This document shows, one piece after another, positions 39,346 through 49,211 of a stretch of 64,000 nt of DNA; within the stretch, counting starts at the first letter, position 1; every line of letters starts with the position of its first letter. Position numbers and translations under genes: made by a program. Under the pieces are notes generated by a model, which was not told the origin of the DNA, did not search any database, and worked only from the letters and a program-made list of their open reading frames with translations. Source of the stretch: an uncultured Nitrososphaerota archaeon (GTDB lineage Archaea > Thermoproteota > EX4484-205 > JAAOZP01); NCBI GenBank assembly GCA_964416155.1, contig CAYQCW010000007.1:1-64000 (forward strand). The letters run 5' to 3'.

Positions 39346-39473
39346 GGGCCCGTAGCTCAGACGAGAAAAGTTTAAATATGTCTTGAAGCGTGTGCCACGC
39401 GCGGCTCGGAGCAGCATGGTAGAGCAGCAGGCTCTTAACCTGAGGGTCGAGGGTTCAAATCCCTCCGGGCCCG
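39346..39473 (+). tRNA. tRNA-Lys(CTT) with 54-nt D-loop intron (39361-39414, position 15/16)
   Basis: Acceptor GGGCCCG/CGGGCCC; anticodon arm CAGG-CTCTTAA-CCTG; T arm GAGGG-TTCAAAT-CCCTC; splice motif GCTC-AG^A-CGAG / CTCG-GAGC-AG^C. Confidence 0.93.
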
Positions 39474-39769
39474 CATTGCAAAATTAAAACGTTAAACAAA
39501 GCGCGCATATTTCACACGCTCGCTGAAAGCTTAAGCACATGCCGTTGTGATAAATAGTGTAAGGATAAAAATGGAGGGAAAACACGCTTGTCTCTAGCAT
39601 GCTTGGGTAGAGGGCATGCTCATCCTGTGGTTATTTTTTTTCTTCGCAGCCTCAACAAGCTTCTGGATGGTTTCGAGCGATGGTGACTTGTCCTTTAACA
39701 CTTTTCTCAGGTTTTCATGTAATTCTTTCGGGTCTGACTGCGCGAGTTTCTCGAATCATGATGATTTTA

Positions 39770-40196
39770 CGTCTAGCGCACGCTATGGGGTTCGTTTCCT
39801 TCGCGATGCCCGCCAGGGAGCTCTTTGAGGACAATGTTCTGGGCGACCTCTTGCCCAGCACCCTGATGAGTCTGAAATACTTTTCTAAGAAGACTAAAAC
39901 GGATTTCGAGCTGCTAATCTATGGCATTGGCCATAGGCTTAAGTACAGGGGAATAAATAGCTATAGCAATCTCTCATGGTTCCTAGAGGCCAAACACGGA
40001 TGCTATTTTAAGGATGGCTGGTCGTACGACCTTAGAGATCCTGAAATCAGGTTTGAAGAATGTGATTGCGAGGTCTGCAAAGGGTTAATGCCCCAGGAAA
40101 TTATTGACCTGATGTTCAGCGACAAGGAGCTCGGTCAAGACGCTTATCCTCCACAACCTGCTCGACATGAAGGGGGCTTTATCGAGGAGGAAATAG
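39770..40196 (+). pseudogene. tRNA-guanine transglycosylase (TGT/DpdA-like) C-terminal remnant
   Basis: LLIYGIG, ECDCEVC zinc site; after a frameshift at ~40133, LILHNL supplies the fourth zinc ligand; 5' part missing. Confidence 0.55.
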
Positions 40197-41135
40197 ATGG
40201 GTGGAGGTTCGAGGGTAAAGCAGTACCAGAGAAGGTTCTTCGAGGGGGAGCAGGGAAGGGAAGAAAAGGAGGAAGAAGCCTTCCATGTTGTAAGGACCTT
40301 CGGAGAGTATGAGATCCGCGGGGCGGAGAGTGTGGATATGAGCTTCTTAAAGGAGGCGAAGTTATTGGAATCTTTTCTCAAGCCAAGGTTGAAGAAGACA
40401 GAGTTGCCTTCAAGCTGAGTCACGGGATGAACTTGGAGGTATCTGGAAAAAGGAGTTAGAGAAATACTTACTCCAGCAAAAGCAGAGTTATGCGGCTTAA
40501 TAGCTGCAGACGGTACTATTTGTAAATATCGAGGAGAGAAAGGACAAGGCGGCGGGTACGAGGTCTCTAACAAGTGTAAACCACGAACTCGAGGTTTTCA
40601 AGGAATTATTCGGAGATACTTATAAGTATGACTTTCCACGAACATATTAAACATCATAAAACGAACGAAGGAAGGAGAAAAGGAGCATTATCATGTAGCA
40701 ACGTATAATAGGAAAGTAGCCTATGATCTATGGAGCTTCATTAAGGGACCAGACCCCTATGAATTCCACCCGCCTATACAGTACCTTGACGATGAAGGCA
40801 AGAGGGCTTATCTAATGGGTTTCTTTTCCGGAGACGGTAATGTCTCTATGACTAAAGAAGGCGGGCATGCCATCCGAATCTATTCGTCTTATAAGGAAGG
40901 GCTAAAGGAATTAAAAGAAATGTTTGAAGATTTAGGATTCCATCCGAGCGAAATTCATGAGCAACATGAGAAGCCCACTCTTGGACGACATAGGAAAGAA
41001 TATAACTACTATTTCAGTATTCCAGAAGAAGATCACCTGAGGTTCATGGAGGTAGGATCAGAAAAGTTGGGGCATAAAAGAAAGTTTGAACTAATAAAGC
41101 TAATAAATGGAAGAAAGAAAAAGGAGGAGGATTAG
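40197..41135 (+). pseudogene. LAGLIDADG endonuclease-like gene, frameshifted
   Basis: Two motifs, AELCGLIAADG (~40482-40515) and RAYLMGFFSGDG (~40803-40838), separated by frameshifts. Confidence 0.72.
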
Positions 41136-41140
41136 TTAGA

Positions 41141-41371
41141 ATGACACCTATGGCCGCTACTCTTTGGGTGTGGGGTGATGATTTTGACCATGTTAGGAAG
41201 AATTGTGAAAAGTATGTGAGCAAAAAGTGGAAAGAGAACATAAAGGAATGCAGTATAGAGATCTCCGCCAGAAGGAGGGACGAGGGTATTTGTTACTATA
41301 TTGTTGTCTATACAAGTAACCTCCAAAGCATTGGAGACTTGGCCGAAGGCTTATTCGATTCTTTCGAGTGA
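41141..41371 (+). CDS. Small hypothetical protein
   Basis: 76 aa with upstream GGAGG; operonic after the LAGLIDADG gene. Confidence 0.5.
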   Translation: MTPMAATLWVWGDDFDHVRKNCEKYVSKKWKENIKECSIEISARRRDEGICYYIVVYTSNLQSIGDLAEGLFDSFE

Positions 41372-41390
41372 AGAAGTATATCGAAAATCT

Positions 41391-41738
41391 ATGGAAGAAG
41401 TGGAAAAAGAGCTTAGGGAACGAGAGGGAGGCATCGTTGAAAAATTTAGCGAAGAGCCGGGGGTGAAGTCTGTGGTGCAAGGGCGAAAGATCGTGTTTAT
41501 TCCTCAAACCAGTCTTCTCTGCGAATTGAGCTCGAAAATCGCGAATAAGACAGTGATAGAGGTGGTGCATGAGGATTTCTCACCTATGAAGGATTTATTA
41601 CATTCTTTAAGCAACAGGATGATTGAAAGAGGATTAGCGGAACAAATTTTGGGCTATGATTGGTGGAAAGGCGTTAACGACCTTAAGATTGGAGACATGG
41701 ACATACGGGAAGACAAGGTTCTAGTATGGCTCATCTAA
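41391..41738 (+). CDS. Hypothetical protein
   Basis: ORF ending at the 3' end of tRNA-Leu; start uncertain. Confidence 0.5.
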   Translation: MEEVEKELREREGGIVEKFSEEPGVKSVVQGRKIVFIPQTSLLCELSSKIANKTVIEVVHEDFSPMKDLLHSLSNRMIERGLAEQILGYDWWKGVNDLKIGDMDIREDKVLVWLI

Positions 41739-41739
41739 G

Positions 41740-41837
41740 TGCGGGGGGTGGGATTTGAACCCACGAACCCCTTCGGGAAGAGGTCTCTCCCCGAGGTCTT
41801 GAGCCTCCCGCCTTTGGCCTGGCTTGGCGACCCCCGC
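41740..41837 (-). tRNA. tRNA-Leu(CAA) with ~13-nt anticodon-loop intron
   Basis: GCGGGGG/CCCCCGC acceptor; GGAGG-CTCAAG^ACCTCGGGGAGAG^A-CCTCT; long variable arm; GTGGG-TTCAAAT-CCCAC. Confidence 0.92.
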
Positions 41838-41888
41838 CTTCTTCCCTGTAGTAAGACATATTATTTCGGATTGTTTTTAAGTTTTAGG

Positions 41889-42173
41889 ATGAGGCTGAGT
41901 GAAGTTTTCGCCAGCAGGGTTCAGGCGAGGGTTTTAGAGGAGCTTTTAAACGCTCCTCACACTATTTTCACGCAGGTTGAGCTTGCTAGGAGGGCTGGCT
42001 GCTCCTCCTCCAGCGTTGACAGGGCTCTTAAGAACCTTATGAGGCTCGGCTTAATCAGGATTGAGAGGCTTTCAGCCAATAAGATTGTTGCGTTAAATCT
42101 TAATAGCAGGGTTGTGTCCCTCCTCATTCAGTTTAACAGGGATGTGAAGAAGGCTGATAGAGATACTGCTTAG
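41889..42173 (+). CDS. Winged-helix DNA-binding protein
   Basis: FTQVELARRAGCSSSSVDRALKNLMRLGLI; start set downstream of the tRNA. Confidence 0.8.
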   Translation: MRLSEVFASRVQARVLEELLNAPHTIFTQVELARRAGCSSSSVDRALKNLMRLGLIRIERLSANKIVALNLNSRVVSLLIQFNRDVKKADRDTA

Positions 42174-42195
42174 AGAGAGGATAAGCGGCAGGGGG

Positions 42196-42810
42196 TTGAC
42201 GTTTCTCGGCTTAGAGGGCTCCAGCGGAATGGGTGTTATTCAGGCGGGGAACCTTGTTAGGCTCTTCAACATGAGGCCGCTTGGAGAGATCGTTTTCTAC
42301 GGTTTCCCCGACAACCTGATCGTGGACTCCATGGGTGTTGGAAAGATTCCCACTGTGGACGTTTACCATGCTAAAACTGGGGATTTCAACATAAGTGTTT
42401 TCACGACGATGGTTAGGCAACAGTATATCGACTCTCTCGGCAACAGGGAGCGCAACATGTTTTTCTCATCGCTTCTCTACGCTATGAAACTAGTTGGGTC
42501 CAGTTTCCTATTAACCATTGACTGTGTGAATGTTTCAAGCAAGAATAGGAAGGTGTATCTAATTGTTAATTCTTCAAAGCTTGCCGAGAGGTTTAAAGAC
42601 AGGGATGACTGTGTTCTTGTAAAGGGGAGACGTTTAAGAAGCTCGCTGACGCTTGCAGTCGCTATGGCAAGTTTTCAAAAGATCCCTGCCCTGCAGATAG
42701 TGCTTCCAATCAGAGAGCTTACTGAGAGCAGGGTTCAGCATGGTTTTCAAAGCCTGGTTAGCGTTATTAACGATGTGCTGGTCTTCGTAGCAGAGTCTGG
42801 GAGAAGTTAA
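42196..42810 (+). CDS. PAC2-family (proteasome assembly chaperone-like) protein, divergent
   Basis: FLGLEGSSGMGVIQAGNLVRLFNMRPLGEI..FPD.LIV..G resembles the PAC2 N-terminus. Confidence 0.55.
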   Translation: MTFLGLEGSSGMGVIQAGNLVRLFNMRPLGEIVFYGFPDNLIVDSMGVGKIPTVDVYHAKTGDFNISVFTTMVRQQYIDSLGNRERNMFFSSLLYAMKLVGSSFLLTIDCVNVSSKNRKVYLIVNSSKLAERFKDRDDCVLVKGRRLRSSLTLAVAMASFQKIPALQIVLPIRELTESRVQHGFQSLVSVINDVLVFVAESGRS

Positions 42811-42817
42811 ACCATTC

Positions 42818-44149
42818 CTACGGATAGTGCCAAGGACTTATGAAGCCATAGGTTTCTCCCAGCCTGTTCTTCTCAAGACCATATCTTTTCAACGGCTTGG
42901 TTAAGTGTCTATGGGATCTTTCGGGCGGTAGATACGGGTGGTTCACCGTTAAACCCCGTTCCATTACGATTGTCTGAGGCTCCTCAACAGTCTCGCCGCA
43001 TTCCTCGCAGGCGAAGCCCTGCCGTAGACCAAGGCTCTTACATTTTCTCCCGCATTTCGGACATGCCGGCGGTGTTCTCCTGATTTTCCTGCACAGTTTT
43101 AAAACCTCCATTTTCTCAGCGTTAACAACCAGTTTTCCCAAATGCTCTTTAACCCCGCCGTAAACCCTTATTTTGTCACCGGGCTCAAGCATGGATGCTG
43201 CTTTCTTCAAGCCTCCTGTAGGAGAGTAGAATGCGCATGAAATCCTTCCTCCGTCTTCAATAGTCACTATAACGTGCCCGCCTCGAATAATCTTCTTGTC
43301 GACTACGCTGCCCTCAACCCGTGTTGAATCATATTTCTTAACTTGGCTGATTGCAACAGACTCTTCTAGAAAATGCGCGTCAGTACCCTGGTTGGCTTTG
43401 AAAATACACCAGCCTTCAATCTCCTCCTCAGTCTTAACAAGCCTGAACGCGTTGTAGACTGCTTCAGGCGTCTCCCCCCTTATTCCGAAGAGCACCGGAT
43501 CCCTGCCGTGAGGAGTTATCAGGATGCGTTTCGTCTCCGGGTCAATATTGTTAAAAGTGTTTTTCGAAGCAAGCTCATCCATGAGGATAACGCTGTCCCG
43601 GTCTATTCTACGGGGCTTCCCATAGTTCTCACTTACCCTGTATGCGAGAAGCTCGAAAGTATAGTCGTCGAAGACAGCTCCAACCGCCGCAAGCGCTCCT
43701 ACGACTCCAACCTTAGAAGTCTTCAGGAACCTGTAGGACGCCCCTGTCTCCTCAGCAATCTTCAACGCCTCAACCGGGGAGACCATGCTTCTCAACACCT
43801 TCAGGTAGAACTGGTGGAGCACATCTCCCTTCTGCGGGAGCCTGTTGCTGAAGACGATCGCGGGCTCTGACCTAGGGCTGTTTAAATCCGAAAGCTTTTC
43901 CACGATGCTTATGACGGATCCCGCAACCTCATCGTAAACCTGCTGGCTCTCAACCCTTATCCTTATGCTTACCGCCCCGTTACCCCTTGTCTTCCAAGGA
44001 ATATTAGGGTTAAGCCTTACGAGAAGAGGATAGTCTATAAACTGGATGCTCCTCATGCCGTCTAGCTGGGTCACTATTCTCGCAGCAACATGCGTAGTAC
44101 AGCCGAACACTTCCGAGTCCGTGTCGTCTATACCTATGTTAAGCAGCAT
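42818..44149 (-). CDS. tiaS: tRNA(Ile2) agmatidine synthetase
   Basis: IGIDDTDS..GCTT, LVRLNPNIPWKTRGN, PVLFGIRG, NQGTDAH, zinc ribbon, RHLTKP. Confidence 0.95.
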   Translation of the reverse strand: MLLNIGIDDTDSEVFGCTTHVAARIVTQLDGMRSIQFIDYPLLVRLNPNIPWKTRGNGAVSIRIRVESQQVYDEVAGSVISIVEKLSDLNSPRSEPAIVFSNRLPQKGDVLHQFYLKVLRSMVSPVEALKIAEETGASYRFLKTSKVGVVGALAAVGAVFDDYTFELLAYRVSENYGKPRRIDRDSVILMDELASKNTFNNIDPETKRILITPHGRDPVLFGIRGETPEAVYNAFRLVKTEEEIEGWCIFKANQGTDAHFLEESVAISQVKKYDSTRVEGSVVDKKIIRGGHVIVTIEDGGRISCAFYSPTGGLKKAASMLEPGDKIRVYGGVKEHLGKLVVNAEKMEVLKLCRKIRRTPPACPKCGRKCKSLGLRQGFACEECGETVEEPQTIVMERGLTVNHPYLPPERSHRHLTKPLKRYGLEKNRLGETYGFISPWHYP

Positions 44150-44259
44150 TTCGGCTCAACGCTGAACAAACCTTAAACAGGAACCCCGGCTTTTAAGCAT
44201 AGCCTTAAATACTCGACTGATAAGCTAAGAGGCTGTTTTTCAGGAACAATCTTCCAGAA

Positions 44260-44353
44260 AGCCTCGGGAGGGATTCGAACCCTCGACATGCAGCATCCGC
44301 CCAGCCTTTTCCGCTTACGAGGCTGCCACTCTACCAGGCTGAGTTACCGAGGC
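44260..44353 (-). tRNA. tRNA-Thr(CGT) with 20-nt intron in the anticodon arm (probably 38/39)
   Basis: GCCTCGG/CCGAGGC acceptor; GCAGC-CTCGTAA-[GCGGAAAAGGCTGGGCGGAT]-GCTGC; GAGGG-TTCGAAT-CCCTC. Confidence 0.9.
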
Positions 44354-44409
44354 TCGCCAGCATTCTTCGGAAAAGGGGCTTAAAACGTTTTCGCTTCTTA
44401 AAAACCAGG

Positions 44410-45423
44410 ATGAAAAAGTTAAACCAGCGTGAACAGCTCTTCAGAAGCATGGTGACGCGCAGCGCGTTCAGCGAGTACCCGGCGATAGATTTCATAAAAA
44501 AGAGGTTCCCCCAGTCTGGAAACATTCTTCCCACTTACGATGATGCTTGGGGCTGCGTGCTCAGCAAGAAGCATCTTGTTTTCGCAGGAGACATGCTGGT
44601 TGAAACAACCGACGTCCCCCCTTTCATGACGATTAGGCAAATGGGTTTTAAAAGCTTCACGATAAGCGTGAGCGACATCGCCTCTAAAGGAGTAGCCCCA
44701 ACCTACTACTATCTAATCATCGGGCTTCCACGGGGATTCGGCTGGGGGAAGTTCAGGGAACTGGTAGAGGGGTGGAGGGACGCTGTCAACCTTTACGGGG
44801 GGACACTTATGGGTGGGGATACTAACGAGTCTTCCTGTGTTACCATTAGCGCGGTTGCTTTGTCTCTTTCAAATAAGCTGCCGATCCCTAGAACAGGCGG
44901 TAAGCCGGGTGATATTGTTGCTGTAACCGGGACATTTGGAGAAACATACGTTGGCTTCAAGCTGATGAAAAGCCTTGACGAGCTGTCTGAAAATCTTAGG
45001 AGACGCGTATTGAAGAAAATATGCAGGCCCGTAGCACGGCTTAGGGAAGGCTTGGCGCTTAACGGTGTCGCAGTAGCATGCACTGATTCGAGCGACGGCC
45101 TTGCAATATCCCTGTACAATCTTATTCGTGGAACTGGCAAAGGGATATTAGTAGAGAGACTACCGGTCAGCAGGGGACTTGAAGAAGCATCTAGAATCCT
45201 CGGAGTATCGTTTTCTCAAATGGTTTTCTACGGGGGCGAGGAGTTTGAGCTTGTGACAGTGATCCCTAGAAAAAAATGGAAAAATGCTGTTAAAAGAGTT
45301 GAACATGTTGGAGGATGTTTAATACCTATTGGAAGGATCGTGGATCGTAAGGGGGTTTGGCACCGTAGGGAGGACGGTAAGACGGTTAGGGTTTTAAGAA
45401 GCGGATGGGAGCATTTAAAATAA
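44410..45423 (+). CDS. thiL: Thiamine-monophosphate kinase
   Basis: DDA, DMLVE, SDIASKG, GGDT, DSSDGL, GGEEFELV, GWEH. Confidence 0.9.
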   Translation: MKKLNQREQLFRSMVTRSAFSEYPAIDFIKKRFPQSGNILPTYDDAWGCVLSKKHLVFAGDMLVETTDVPPFMTIRQMGFKSFTISVSDIASKGVAPTYYYLIIGLPRGFGWGKFRELVEGWRDAVNLYGGTLMGGDTNESSCVTISAVALSLSNKLPIPRTGGKPGDIVAVTGTFGETYVGFKLMKSLDELSENLRRRVLKKICRPVARLREGLALNGVAVACTDSSDGLAISLYNLIRGTGKGILVERLPVSRGLEEASRILGVSFSQMVFYGGEEFELVTVIPRKKWKNAVKRVEHVGGCLIPIGRIVDRKGVWHRREDGKTVRVLRSGWEHLK

Positions 45424-45430
45424 CCTGTCT

Positions 45431-45655
45431 TCAGCTTGCAACCAAGGTCTCCGTCTTCTCAACACCCTCGATCGAGTTTATCTCCGCAGTTAGCAGAGCC
45501 AATTCCGAAATATCGTTCGCCTGAAGAATAGCGACTATGTCGAACCTGCCGAAGCATTCGAAAGCATCAATCACGCCGTCGAGCTTTCTGATTTTTTCGA
45601 GAACCTGAGTCATTTTCCCATCGTCAACGCTAATAAGGACGCAGCTGTAAGTCAT
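45431..45655 (-). CDS. Lrp/AsnC ligand-binding-domain-only protein
   Basis: VLI, FGRFDIVA, IEGVEKTETLV. Confidence 0.85.
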   Translation of the reverse strand: MTYSCVLISVDDGKMTQVLEKIRKLDGVIDAFECFGRFDIVAILQANDISELALLTAEINSIEGVEKTETLVAS

Positions 45656-45894
45656 CCATGACCCTCCCCTTCAACCTCGATCAGGGTTTCAGTGGCACTG
45701 ACGTTTTTAAAAGACCTTATCGTGCGAACCGCCTTTGCTATCTCAGCCAAGCTTCCCGCCTCTATCTTGAAGACAACGTCGTATGCGCCTAGGCTTGAAA
45801 AAACCAGCTTAACATTCTCTAATTCTCTAAGCCTTCTGGCAACATCCTTGTAGGTTCCGGCCCTACACCTTATTAACACTACGGCTTTAACCAT
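45652..45894 (-). CDS. Lrp/AsnC ligand-binding-domain-only protein
   Basis: KAVVLI, LGAYDVV, NVSATETLI. Confidence 0.85.
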   Translation of the reverse strand: MVKAVVLIRCRAGTYKDVARRLRELENVKLVFSSLGAYDVVFKIEAGSLAEIAKAVRTIRSFKNVSATETLIEVEGEGHG

Positions 45895-47620
45895 CGCTAT
45901 GGGATTCGTTACCGCTGTGATTTAACTTTTTCCAGGGAGAAAGCATGTAGATTTCACCGTTCTGAACGTCCTCAAGCCTATCTATTCCCGGACAATTATT
46001 CAGGTAATCTACGGCTTCCTTTGCAAGTGGGCCTGAGGGTTTAGTTATCAGGTTGACTACCCTGCCGCCATACGTTTCCCTCATAGCGTCAGAAGTAACT
46101 ATTAGAACGCCTTTTTCAACCGGATATGGTTTTCCCGTGACCGACGCGTTTACAAGCCAAGAGTTTGACGGTAGGAACCATGATGTCAAGTTGCCCGTCC
46201 AGAAAGCGTTTCTGCGGGAAACGAACATTAGAAGGGCACCGAGCCTAGTATCAGTATCGATTTTAGAGTTGAAAAACAGCGAGTAGCTGTAAGCATCCTC
46301 AACAAGCTTAAGCTCAGAGTGGCTGATAGACTCTTTAATGCCGTACGTGAATTCCGGCTTAGGATACGATGTGAATGCAAGTGAAAAAATAAAGTAGGCG
46401 ACAATCATTCCCGCCAGATACTCTTTTTCCATACTTCTCAACTCGACGCTGAAGCAGCTCAGCCCGTAACCGGCTAACGGGGTTGCAAAATATATGATGA
46501 ACGTCGGGATCCTGTGAATAAGCATACGGTAACCCTCTAATGAAAGCAGGAAGGAAGCCTCAACCATGAAAACCATTAACGGAGCCATGAAGAACAACGC
46601 GTCGTGAAGCGAGCTTTTCTTACAGTACTGTATTAAGCCGTGGATCGTAAAAGGCAGGAAGCCTAGTGAAAGGGGCACGGTGAACCAAAGGATTGTTGGC
46701 AAAGCCTCAGGGTTAAGCACAACTGTTAACACGGTGGGAATTATTACACTGACCAGCAGTATTGATGTAAAAATCTTTATGAATGTGAATCTCCGACATT
46801 TTTTCACGAATCGCACTGTTTCGGCCGTGATGATAGGAAACAGGAACATCGCGACCGCTATCGGAAGCAGGAGAAAAGGTTTTTCAAGAATCATGTTCAG
46901 GATTAGCCTCAGCATGTTTTCCTCCTCCCCAGCTAGGCTCCAAACAGATGCTGATGAGGCTAGCAGGAGAACTATGGTTGCTAAAATTAAGACGAGTAAA
47001 CGAAATAGACTACCGGTTTTCTCAAGCTTCAAACAACAGTACAAGTAGGAGGGGAACAGCGAGGAGAAAAACAGGACGAGTTGAAAAGCGGAAAGATGGT
47101 GACTCATGACGGTTAAAAACCCGGAGAGCATAGCAAGCAGCATCCATTTCCAGCTCCCGGTTAAGGCCCTCATTGAGAAGAGTATAGATAGCCCATAGAA
47201 AAGTATCCCAAGCCCCTCCGGTATTATTACGCCCCCGATCTGATGCACGAGAAGGTTGGTCGCTGCAAGATATAGAAACGTGTAAACAGGCTTGTTGCCT
47301 TCAGTTTTAAACTGTTTTGAAACAAAGTAGGGCGGGAGGATGAAAAAAGTGAAGACTATTGGTTCAACGAAGGTGAGGATTTTCATGAAAATGTCGCGGC
47401 CCGCAGCCTTGAGAATCACTAGTTGAAGATAATAGAAGAGCGGGCCGTGGGGCAGGGACACGGATCCCCCCTCGTTGAGCACAAACACTCTTGAAACAAA
47501 CTCGTAAATATCAAACCCATATGGCAGACCATATTTCACCGAGGGAATCATCCTTAACAGTAATGCGATTGAAAACACTGCGATCAAACACCAGTCTTGC
47601 CGCTTTTTCAACCTAACCAT
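45887..47620 (-). CDS. Polytopic membrane protein (GT-C-like, inferred)
   Basis: Many TM helices; PYGFD after the first helix; located in a glycosylation cluster. Confidence 0.6.
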   Translation of the reverse strand: MVRLKKRQDWCLIAVFSIALLLRMIPSVKYGLPYGFDIYEFVSRVFVLNEGGSVSLPHGPLFYYLQLVILKAAGRDIFMKILTFVEPIVFTFFILPPYFVSKQFKTEGNKPVYTFLYLAATNLLVHQIGGVIIPEGLGILFYGLSILFSMRALTGSWKWMLLAMLSGFLTVMSHHLSAFQLVLFFSSLFPSYLYCCLKLEKTGSLFRLLVLILATIVLLLASSASVWSLAGEEENMLRLILNMILEKPFLLLPIAVAMFLFPIITAETVRFVKKCRRFTFIKIFTSILLVSVIIPTVLTVVLNPEALPTILWFTVPLSLGFLPFTIHGLIQYCKKSSLHDALFFMAPLMVFMVEASFLLSLEGYRMLIHRIPTFIIYFATPLAGYGLSCFSVELRSMEKEYLAGMIVAYFIFSLAFTSYPKPEFTYGIKESISHSELKLVEDAYSYSLFFNSKIDTDTRLGALLMFVSRRNAFWTGNLTSWFLPSNSWLVNASVTGKPYPVEKGVLIVTSDAMRETYGGRVVNLITKPSGPLAKEAVDYLNNCPGIDRLEDVQNGEIYMLSPWKKLNHSGNESHSDG

Positions 47621-48099
47621 GTTTGAACCCATACGGTGTCATCCCTCCTCAGTAATACTTGGCTGTGACTCCCTGTTTGAACAACACTAGCTGGATCATA
47701 ACAATAGGCCACAACGATTCTCTCAGCCTCAGGATCCGGAGGCAGCTTTACATCAAGCCTTTTACCCTCGCCAGGGTTGAGCGTAACGATGCTGAAGTTT
47801 AACGTTTTAAAACCTGTAAAACAATAGAAGGTATTGTTCTCCGAAACCCTGCTGTACCCATACCCGATTAAGAATATTACACGCCCCTCGTGTTTCTCGC
47901 TCGAATTATTTTTTAAAAAAAGCCCCAGGGAAAAACCGTCGTCTTCCTGCTTGAAATCGATTATCTTAATCGCTAGGAAGCCTTTCGGCGGCGCCTCCAG
48001 AAGCACGTAGGCTGTGAAGAGAATAATTAGAGACAGGCTCATCAGCAACACGACTCTCTGGAAAAAGATGCCGTTCCCACCGCCTCCGTTCCGGCTCAA
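47608..48099 (-). CDS. Membrane-anchored hypothetical protein
   Basis: N-terminal TM followed by a beta-rich domain. Confidence 0.6.
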   Translation of the reverse strand: MSRNGGGGNGIFFQRVVLLMSLSLIILFTAYVLLEAPPKGFLAIKIIDFKQEDDGFSLGLFLKNNSSEKHEGRVIFLIGYGYSRVSENNTFYCFTGFKTLNFSIVTLNPGEGKRLDVKLPPDPEAERIVVAYCYDPASVVQTGSHSQVLLRRDDTVWVQTWLG

Positions 48100-48193
48100 A
48101 GGACATCGGTAGCCATGAAAATAGGCTTATTAAACTATTGCCCCCATTCTTGGAAAACTTATTAAACAACGTTAATCCCCGTTTCGGAAGAAT

Positions 48194-49207
48194 ATGCTGG
48201 AAAACCCTGTGCTCATCGCAGCCGGTTCAGCAGCGATTGGCCTCGCTTCATCCCTTTTAACCTTAAGATACATAACTAGGAGCTTCGTTAGACTCGGCAT
48301 TTTCGGACTAGATCATCATAAGCCTGGGAAGCCACGGATCCCGGAGATGGGTGGCTTAGCATTCATCATAGGTGTTGCGGCAGCCTCGATCCCGGCAGTT
48401 CTGCTAAACTTCCACGTTTCTGAAGTAACGGGGATGATGCTTACGGTGCTCGCAACAGGGCTTGTAGGAGTCATGGATGATTTAAGGAAACTGGGCGCGG
48501 TGGAGAAGCCTCTTCTAACAGCCGCAGCCGGGTTGCCGTTAATCCTTTTACACCCTTACTCCGGCAGCCTGGTTTTAACCTTCGGAATAGTTTTCCAGAT
48601 CCCCTTAATATACGTGGTGATTATCCCAAGCTTGCTCGCAGTAGTGTCCAACTCGGTTAACATGTTTGACACTATGAACGGGACTGCGACCGGCTCCTCC
48701 CTAATGGTTTTAACAACGCTGTTCCTCGTGGCTGCTTTGAAATATTTTACCGGAGGAGGCTTCGACATACTGCTGGCAGTCCTATTGTTCAGCATTGTTT
48801 TCCCCCCTATGCTGGCATTGTTTTCATACAACAAGTATCCGGCGAGGGTTTTCGTCGGCGATACTGGCACCCTCTCCATAGGGGGTGCTCTTCTAGCTTT
48901 TTCAATCATCCGAGGCTGCGAAATACCTTTGATAATAAGCCTACTGCCTCATTTGACTAACGGTTTCTTCAACCTTTCAAGCGTCGGAAGGCTTTTCGAA
49001 AGATCGGAGTTGAAAGAGAGACCCATAGTGGTTTCGGAGAACGGCACTATATATGCCAACAGGGATTTGAAAGCACCAATAACCCTGACAAGGTTCGTCG
49101 CTGCACTAGGCTTCAGCAATGAGAAGGAGATCATTAAAGCAATCATGACCCTTTGCGCCATATCAAACGGGTTGACTATTTTAACGGTCGCGCTAGGATT
49201 ATGGTGA
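48194..49207 (+). CDS. Glycosyltransferase family 4 (UDP-GlcNAc:dolichol-P GlcNAc-1-P transferase, AglH-like)
   Basis: DHHKPGKPRIPEMGG, GVMDD, NSVNMFDTMNG, NKYPARVFVGDTG. Confidence 0.9.
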   Translation: MLENPVLIAAGSAAIGLASSLLTLRYITRSFVRLGIFGLDHHKPGKPRIPEMGGLAFIIGVAAASIPAVLLNFHVSEVTGMMLTVLATGLVGVMDDLRKLGAVEKPLLTAAAGLPLILLHPYSGSLVLTFGIVFQIPLIYVVIIPSLLAVVSNSVNMFDTMNGTATGSSLMVLTTLFLVAALKYFTGGGFDILLAVLLFSIVFPPMLALFSYNKYPARVFVGDTGTLSIGGALLAFSIIRGCEIPLIISLLPHLTNGFFNLSSVGRLFERSELKERPIVVSENGTIYANRDLKAPITLTRFVAALGFSNEKEIIKAIMTLCAISNGLTILTVALGLW

Positions 49208-49211
49208 GAAC

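Noticed and set aside
39361-39414. C/D guide RNA inside the tRNA-Lys intron
   Set aside because: No RUGAUGA or CUGA boxes
41739-41888. N-terminal extension of the wHTH ORF (MRGVGFEPT...)
   Set aside because: It is the antisense reading of tRNA-Leu; the likely start is ATG 41889
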